Assembly: GCF_964204645.1 (NCBI RefSeq)
Contig: NC_134035.1
Location: forward strand, 4,278,001-4,342,000
DNA length: 64,000 nt
Direction of reading: 5' to 3'
Source of the DNA: Tubulanus polymorphus
Taxonomy: Eukaryota; Animalia; Nemertea
Shown here in pieces: positions 39,301 to 64,000 of the stretch. Position 1 is the stretch's first letter; each line of letters begins with the position of its first letter. Under the pieces are notes generated by a model, which was given only the letters and a program-made list of their open reading frames with translations, was not told the DNA's origin and made no database searches. The translations under genes and the position numbers were made by a program.

Positions 39301-41564
39301 GAAGAGCTCTTTCTTCATCCATGGAGGCAATGAAGTTGCAGACCAGCTTAGAGGCATAAGTAAATGAAGTCGGTCGCAAGTTCGCGATCAATTATTGAGA
39401 ATTTTCAATAAAAAAATTTAAACCACTACTAGAGTCGAAGACCTGTATCATCTACCCAATCGCCAAATCTCATCATTCCCCAAATTTCTTAAAACTTCGA
39501 TTTCAAATTTGCAATTCCACATTAGCTTAGCCCAGAAATTCTACATTTTTTTCCCAGGCGTCAAATAATTTTCTAAAATTAATTTTCTTGTTTCTGTTTT
39601 TGGCATAGTTCCACGAAGATCGTAGTACGTGTGAAGTGCATGCGCCGACGAAGCAGCAAAAGAGTATACCAACGACAAATATAATCCCTTAACATCTATA
39701 TTTCAAATTTCTGTATATCAACGTTACTTTCGTTTCTCTGAGGATGAAAGTTTAGTCAAAACTTCGAAACTGTCAGAATGAATCATTTAATCACCAACTG
39801 TAGGTTTTGCTCATTAACTCTGAAATGCCCGGATTAATATCGTAATGTCTACCATTCATACACAGTTCTTATAGTGAATATTTTTTTCAAAGCTTGTCTA
39901 TACTCCTGGGGCCGGTTTCGTGGTCGGCATTTAAGTCCATAAAGTGGTCTTTGATGGCAAAATAGGCTATGTAATTTAAATGGTCTTAGACGCTCTTGAA
40001 TTTTAGCCTTGACTGCGCAATACTGACCCCTGGGTTTTTTTACAGAATGCGAGGGAGGGCTAGATAGGGTACCCGTAAATCCAGCTATCCCGGCAGATGG
40101 CGTGATAAGCAGTAGGTCTTCCATCAAAATTATTTCTTTCTCAATGAACTTTCAACTGGATTTGTAGACTCCCGAATCCATATATTATCACAGCACCCAG
40201 CAAATATACAATACTTTCATTCTCCTACTCGTATATCGGTAAAGCCTTCATGAATAACTGATTCATTTAAGCGAAAAGTTCATTCAGATTTAATTGAAAT
40301 GTAGAAGAAATCGAACGCGGACGACCAACTATCTACTAGCGAACCCGGCGGATCCTCGCCTGCCACAGTAGCACTGCGGGTACCCCATCGAATGATCGGT
40401 ATCGCAGAGAACGATGCACTCCGAAATACGAATCATTCGTGTTTTGATTAATGATTATTTCTTTTCGTAGAGTCGCCACTGTTCGTACAGGTGAAATACG
40501 CGGTAGATCAGATGAACGACGACGTGCCCGAATCGGCGTTCAAACCAACTAGCGATTGTTCGAGCAAACCTGTCGCTATAAATAATTTGGTGAGTATTTA
40601 AAATCGAACAATCTTTTGTTTTATACAGCTGCATATTTTCAAGCGCGAATAAACACGATAGGCCTACGTATATATCGATATGTATCATGTCATTTATATA
40701 TTTATATAGTATGCTGAGTGATAATCAGTGGCGGATCCAGACCTGGCGTGCGCCCAACCCCCCCCCCCCCATTTTTGCCGAGCAGAGAATCTTCTTTTCA
40801 AGCCACTAAATACATGTATATGAAAAAATATGTTGGATGGTAGCCGCAAATCTAAATTGGTTTACGGGGGGGGGGGATTCGTTAATCACCAAATCTTCAT
40901 CACCAAATGAATTATGTTCTTTGCATTACATTGCAAAAGTACGCTCAGAAGGTACCTCATGACGTCAGATTGTACCTCATTGCCCAGATCCCCTTAAATA
41001 TGGCTTCGGCTTCACCATTCAATTGCTCTCATCATTGAACCTCCCCCTTTTTCAAAATCCCTGATAATCGCTGTCCCTCTTTGCCCAATCTCGTTCTTCC
41101 TCCTCCTTATCTTGATAAATAAACGGAAGTCGGTATCAAAGTAGAAATAGTAGAAATCAAAAGCACCGGGGCGCGTTCTCTTTATCGCAAAATGTACACA
41201 GAGTGCCAAGCGGTGGTGAACAATATTCAATGAAACGGGCGCTATACAAATTTTAAGGAGTATCATTATTATCAATATTATCATCATTTTAATTATTTGG
41301 GGGCACGTTGATGAGATTAAAACACGTTCAACTTTGATAAATAGCTGATTCTAAATCTGTCGTATGAAAATGCGCGCTGATGCGATTAAGACAAGTTTAG
41401 CTTAGACAATAAGATTCTAATTCGATATTATATGCTCATGATGTATGATGTATGTAAAGATGACATTTACGTATTTTGTTTTATAGGATATGAGTTCATC
41501 GTTTTGGCTCATGTTGGGTCCGCTGGCTGCCTTGTCGCCGTGGAATCATATTATCATTTCATAG
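36325..41564 (+). CDS. Ependymin-related (EPDR) protein, ~262 aa; exons 36325-36530, 37268-37382, 37548-37665, 38009-38161, 40471-40589, 41487-41564
   Basis: Phase-compatible exons. Signal peptide; N-terminal CGCYPPKM; beta-strand pattern GRVTADLKNVRGRVTIREV...IVIDFTKK; internal Cys (QQCLK, SRCWP, TTCAI); C-terminal VPESAFKPTSDC, matching the ependymin FxPPxxC-type motif; hydrophobic terminal exon. Confidence 0.7.
39734..39778 (+). ncRNA. Minimal type I hammerhead ribozyme motif (Penelope-like element type)
   Basis: TTCT-CTGAGGA-T-GAAAGTTT-agtca-AAACTTC-GAAA-CTG-TC^AGAA: conserved CUGANGA and GAAA cores, stem II, GUC cleavage triplet, stem I TTCT/AGAA, near-palindromic minimal stem III. Confidence 0.6.
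40135..40386 (+). mobile_element. ~270-bp dispersed repeat (class unknown) ending in GGATCCTCGCTTGCCRCAGTAGCA; copies at 32174-32445(-), 37770-37945, 57205-57456, 57870-58278; end-only copies at 51516 and 62817
   Basis: Long alignable homology between 40135-40386 and the reverse complement of 32174-32445, with a shared terminal motif in all copies. Confidence 0.7.
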
Positions 41565-41746
41565 GGCTGCAATAGCTCGCCACTCACTACAGTAAAATTT
41601 CTAAAAAACATTTTTTCATGCGTCGAAATATGAAAACCGAGTAACTCGTCGCATGGCGTAAAATGTAGCAAATAAAAAACAAAAAAATGTATAGAAAGCA
41701 TCGCCTTATTTTATCGCAGACGTGAAGATGGGTAAACGTGAAGTTA

Positions 41747-42727
41747 TCATTTCTGTTTGAACATTCTCGCGAATTCCCGTCTAAATCTCGAACCGCACAG
41801 CATGTACAGAACGAAATTGACGGCGCTGTTCGTGTACTCCAGTAGCCGTAAAGTCGGGCCCAAAATCTCCACGAAGCCGCCGAGGAAGACAGCGCTGATT
41901 CGTTCGCTGTAAACGCGTAAAGCCTTATCGGGCATCGTCGTAACGATGAACACGATGCTAATTGCTAGTAACGTTTTCGTCGTGTTATTTTCCGCTTTCG
42001 AAGATGTTTCTGATGTGGAAATCGTCTGTCGTTGTGACGAGGCTGATATGAGCTGTCGTATGATAGCGGCGTTCATCGTCGTGATTAATGCGAAAGGTAG
42101 TACAGAGCCGAATATAACGTCCATCCAGACGAATACGTTGATAAAGAAGTATTTATATGAATCGGAGACTGTTTGGCAGTGATGGCCGAGTAGCGGGGGA
42201 CGTTTCATATACCGAACACCAAAGAGAATATGGCCGTCGATTAAGATCATGGCTACCACAACGGACAACATTCCTAAAATGGCATTTCGGCGAGTTGCTA
42301 TTGTCGAAGCCTTCATCGGAAACGTGACGCAACAAAATCTTTCCAGCGTCAAGATGACGATTAACCAAGAGCCCGCGTGCAGCGAAAATGTGGCCAAAAA
42401 CGCGGAGATGGGACACGTGACCGCGCTAACAGAAGCACCTAGATGTCTGCGAATATCGAATCCGAACTTGCCGCGACTGGCGACAAAAGCTGTATAGTGA
42501 ACAACTAGACGGAGAAGACCGTGGTCGAGCGTGATCGTGTCCATAATCGACAGACAACATAACATTAGAATCGTAGATGACATTTTGCAGCCACGCGGCG
42601 CCGTTCTTTTCAGAACGACGATACTGAGGATGTTTCCTACAGTGCCGAGTAACACTAAAGCAGCCCCACCCAATCCCAGTATGTAGTGACCTACTGGATT
42701 CGTCCTTATGACGTCGCTACCGTTCAT
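41747..42727 (-). CDS. Intronless rhodopsin-class GPCR, FMRFamide/peptide-receptor-like orphan
   Basis: 326 aa. GTVGNILSIVVL (TM1), LSIMD (TM2), SWLIVILTLERF...FP (TM3), VLPF (TM5), TTMP (TM6), NSAVNFVLY...GSRFR (TM7/helix 8). Confidence 0.92.
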   Translation of the reverse strand: MNGSDVIRTNPVGHYILGLGGAALVLLGTVGNILSIVVLKRTAPRGCKMSSTILMLCCLSIMDTITLDHGLLRLVVHYTAFVASRGKFGFDIRRHLGASVSAVTCPISAFLATFSLHAGSWLIVILTLERFCCVTFPMKASTIATRRNAILGMLSVVVAMILIDGHILFGVRYMKRPPLLGHHCQTVSDSYKYFFINVFVWMDVIFGSVLPFALITTMNAAIIRQLISASSQRQTISTSETSSKAENNTTKTLLAISIVFIVTTMPDKALRVYSERISAVFLGGFVEILGPTLRLLEYTNSAVNFVLYMLCGSRFRREFARMFKQK

Positions 42728-43829
42728 TTCAGAGAATGTTCACGCGTCGTCACGTATGTGCGCTCGATAGCAGGCGCTTTGACTATAATTAATAGAAATA
42801 CAATTTCGATTTTAATGGGTTTCGTAAAAGCGTCGAAGATGTGCTAAAAGGTTTTAGTAAAAACGACATCCAGAGAGTTGCCCGATGATGCAGTGTGTAT
42901 GTATTTCATAATCACGATCACGATACATGTTTCGATAGTCACAATATTATCTAACCATTCGAGCCCGTGTGAGAAAGTATATACACCGGACAACGGTTAA
43001 TTCGTAGAGGAGCCGTGTTAACCGGGTTTAGAATAGATACGTAACGAGACAGGTTTACTATTTATTTGACGCACGAGCTTTCGCTACTATCGAATAGAAG
43101 CTTCATCGGGTGAATGAGCCAAGAACAATGGACAAGAGTTAGTAGATAGATTTATACAAGAGGCGTTGTTGCTGTTGCTCCAAATGTGATGAAGTACAAC
43201 ACCGGGTAATTCGAATAATTTTCCGAACCCGGTACAAGAATTAAGAACGGCCAATAACCTGCGAAAGGCATCCATCGATATGGACTCCGTAATCATATTG
43301 GTATAAGATCCAACTAGTGCTAAAAGTGAGGATCCACCGGCGGGTGCAACAGTACGCCGTGGGACATTCGATTTCTTCGAAAATAAGTAGAATCTATCCA
43401 AAGAGAAATCGCACATTTCTCTCAATAGTTATTAATCCCTTCTTTCTCAAGAAACGTATGTCTAACCATTCTGAAAATTTACACGTGTAAGAATAGCTAA
43501 CTTGTGTTTGATGTTTGATTAAGTCCAAAAAGATGGTTTTGCGAAGGATCACAGCGCACGTGGATAACACAGATTACGTCAGTAAAGTTTAATTAAGTTA
43601 CTGGTTGTCTAACAACAACGGACCTACATTTATATGTCACGCTGTCTCGACTTGACTCGTTTCTTTGATCTTGGACAAAAAATAGAATTTTCCAGCTAGC
43701 TACTTGGCCAAAGACACGACAAATTCGACTTCCATGACCCCGCCGACATATAGCTCCGCGAGTCCATAACGGCTATGGCTGATGCGTGTTCGTTGTGGAC
43801 TGTGGTCGTCCCCTAAGAAGGTCAGGTTT

Positions 43830-43930
43830 GTCAGCCCACTCTTAAATGGTGCCAAAGAGTTAAGGTCCTCGACGATTGCGGCTGTTAGTGAATTCCAAAG
43901 TGATTTACCGAAACGCCGAATCAAAAATCG
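43830..43930 (-). pseudogene. Decayed LINE (CR1/L2-like) ORF2 C-terminal fragment
   Basis: IRRFGKSLWNSLTAAIVEDLNSLAPFKSGL resembles the terminal LWNxLP...SLxxFKxxL motif of CR1/L2 ORF2; no intact RT is nearby. Confidence 0.45.
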
Positions 43931-45793
43931 AAACGGTTTTTTTCAGTCATTGGCTTAATATTAATTATTTTCTCGAGGGACTAAAGCTGTACTTAATCTG
44001 TCTGTAGGTGGGAGTTAGGCAGATGCCGAATACTTTTGTACCTCATAATCAACTGGTTGACGGGAAGAAAAGGCATTTTAAATCTCGTTGTTTCGCTTGG
44101 GTGTTGCTAGGTGTGCCAGCTATTGTTTGGTTGTACTAATCAGCGACCGTACTGTTCACAAATAGATAAAGCAAACCCATTGTGTTCTTACTTGATTGCA
44201 GTCGCACCCCTATATCTGACACCTAGCTAGACCTAGAGAGTTTATCCATCACTTTCTTCAACATTGAACTGAGGGAGCAATAGAATAACACTCCTCAACT
44301 TTATTTAATTAAATCCTTGTGGATTAGGGCTAGATGTTGTCAGGCTCCAAAACTGTCCACAGTTCTGATTTGAATTCGACCCTATCGAGATAGAATTAAT
44401 TGATTTAGCAAGTACACGTACGTATGTACCGTGTACTTGATAATATTAACAAATCCAGTGTGATTGGGAAAATGCTTGATTTTGAATAGATATGTGGAAA
44501 GGATGCTCGGGAAAAGTGAATGACGTGTAGATATCTATATTTCTGTGAGGGCCAAGCAAAGCCTAGGAGACCGCCGGAGCGAACAGGAAAAAGAATTTAA
44601 AGTAGGCCAAATTCGGTTTTCGTATCTAGTCGACTTGTGGTCGGAACGGAATAACCGAATGCACCTAATTTCCGAACTATTTCGGAATATAGTTGCGACA
44701 AACTGACATTCGGTTTCACTTACTAGAGGTTTCAGTGCCTTAAATATCTCAGTACAGCCTATTGGCTCACACTGTATCCCTCGGAACCAACATCATGTAT
44801 AAATATTTTTAAAAAACTAAATTGTATCGATTATCACTGTACGGCTTACGAAAAATATAAATATCTATCTATCTATTGTCGATTACTATCCACTCGGTAC
44901 GGATTTATCGCGCCATTTGTACAGTGTATAAAACGTTTGATTTCGTGTTTTGAAATATGTTCATTCATTTCAAGTGGAGTGAGAGTAAAGTCTCGCCGTT
45001 CCCGGCCCGCGTCGCGAGGGCAGAGAGGCGCTATACCGTCAGCTAGCGTCGCGTATCGTCGCAATCGAACACTAACTGGGCGGATCTGGGCTGTGACGTC
45101 ACAGTTTTGTAAATGGCGGCCACCGACTGGTGAAAAATCGAGTAGGATTGAAATAGAACCCGAGACGAGCTTCTCGATTTATATATAGCGCTGATTCGTC
45201 ATATAGAATAACGTGAGTAGAGACCGGGGCGCGGTCCACAGATAGCGCTATATTTCTTATGGATAAATTTTTCTGGAACGCGCGATATAAACATCAAAAC
45301 AGTGAGACCCCAGCCTGCAGCGAAATCTTTTTCATTTCCGGGCGGGTTCTTCTCGGAGCTAGCCTACTGTGGAAAGAATCGGAACAATCGTCATTTTTAA
45401 ATAAGCAGCTTTTATTGCGTCACTAACTCAAACGATATTCAATAACTCATGTCACCAACGATTACTTATTAATTTAATTAGAGCATATAATCTTACCTTT
45501 TTCAGAGTTAACCCATAAAAATCCTTCACCGCACACATCCACGACCACAGTATTTTTATTTTCACTCTGATGGTACGCGGGTCGGTCCAAATAAACCTCA
45601 AGTAAACCTCGCCTAACTCGGACAAACTGGTACCGACAATATTGGTCCGCGGTGAACAAAGTCCGTGTAGTAGATAGGAAAATACATTTGGAAGTCAGGA
45701 AAAATGATTTCCGTTTTGTCCGAATTAGTTTAATCATGATTTGGTCCGAGTGAGGCAAGGTTAACTGCACATCCACTTCATTGGAAATAACTT

Positions 45794-46170
45794 AGGTCTA
45801 ACATCCGTTATAGGTTACCTTTCTGCTGTGTGGCGCTAGTGAATGGTGTTAAATGGTAAGGTCGGGTAGGCCTAACAATTAGAGACATCTACCTACAATG
45901 CAATCGCACCCCATATAACATAACTAAGGTCTAACATCCGTTATAGGTTACCTTTCTGCTGTATGGCGCTAGTGAATGGTGTTAAATGGTAAGGTCGGGT
46001 AGGCCTAACAATAAGAGACATCTACCTACAATGCAATCGCACCCCATATAACATAACTAAGGTCTAACATCCGTTATAGGTTACCTTTCCGCTGTATGGC
46101 GCTAGTGAATAGTGTTAAATGGTAAGGTCGGTTAACAATTGGAGACACCTACCTACAATGCAGTCGCACC
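45794..46170. repeat. 133-bp tandem repeat (~3 copies) running into a ~200-bp segment (46160-46365) that is duplicated at 44197-44405
   Basis: GGTCTAACATCCGTTATAGGTTACC recurs at 45795, 45928 and 46061; GCAGTCGCACCCCTATATC...CCCTAT occurs twice. Confidence 0.9.
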
Positions 46171-46736
46171 CCTATATCTTGACACCTAGCTAGACCTAGA
46201 GAGTTTATCCGTCACTTTCTTCAACATTGAACTGAGGGAGCTATAGAATAACACTCCTCAACTTTATTTTATTAAATCCTTGTGGATTAGGGCTAGATGT
46301 TGTCAGGCTCCAAAACGGTCCACAGTTCTGATTTGAATTCCACCCTATAGAGATATAATATATTGATTTTAACTGTAATGAGTTAAGATCATTTGGGACA
46401 ACAAAATTCATCTGGTTTACGGGAAACGCAGATTAAAAGTCATTTTCTTGTATATTGAACAAATTAACTGCAAATATTGTTCCGGTTAGACCGAAATCTG
46501 GATTGAGTAGGTTTGACTGTGCTGCTAATTTGACCTGAAAAGCAAGACTAGATGAACATGATAAGACCAATAATTTGATGAAAATATCACTAGTTTTTCA
46601 TTTTGAAAATTTCTGAAAAATACTGAAATCCAGGCAAGGCGTAGAATCTCCTGAAAAATAGGCATTGCAGACAACGAGGTAATTGTATAATGTTTCCAAT
46701 GTTTGAGTATTTTTGATATATATTTCAGATAGCACA

Positions 46737-63866
<17,130 letters not shown>

Positions 63867-63875
63867 ATATCCTTT
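63867..63875 (+). other. U12-type (minor spliceosome) AT-AC 5' splice site
   Basis: ATATCCTTT begins where AP2A homology ends (YPPEANAE|) and is a perfect match to the U12 donor consensus RTATCCTTT. Confidence 0.85.
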
Positions 63876-64000
63876 TCAAACGCTATTTGCGCTCTTCAAT
63901 TGACTTGAGCCGTTTACCTCATTGACAATCAATCAGGGAAATAGAGGTCCTTTTTTAAATGAATTTTGATAAGGATCACTGCTTTCATTGGTTTACCCTG

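Overview
Eukaryotic (invertebrate, most likely lophotrochozoan) genomic DNA with GT-AG introns, so the ORF track misses most gene structure and I rebuilt exons by hand from splice sites and phase. Left to right: the last two coding exons of an amidated neuropeptide precursor of the PXXXamide/invertebrate PTH-like type (+); a ZNFX1 RNA helicase with a 5.6-kb exon (-); an acidic single-pass membrane protein of unknown family (-); a 10-exon C-type lectin/WSC type I receptor with an FxNPxY tail (-); a secreted 3x PAN/apple protein (+); an intronless class A GPCR (-); a 6-exon ependymin-related (EPDR) gene (+); a second intronless GPCR (-); and AP-2 alpha-adaptin (+), which runs off the window. Highlights: a WSC domain nested inside a C-type lectin domain; a ZNFX1 with an internally duplicated helicase insert and no C-terminal RZ finger; a U12-type AT-AC donor and a 24-nt candidate microexon in AP2A; minimal Penelope-type hammerhead ribozyme motifs; a repeat whose end sits just upstream of several 3' splice sites; minisatellites apparently derived from MITEs; and a pure intronic (CTG)65. 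Family assignments come from recognising motifs by eye, not from database searches.
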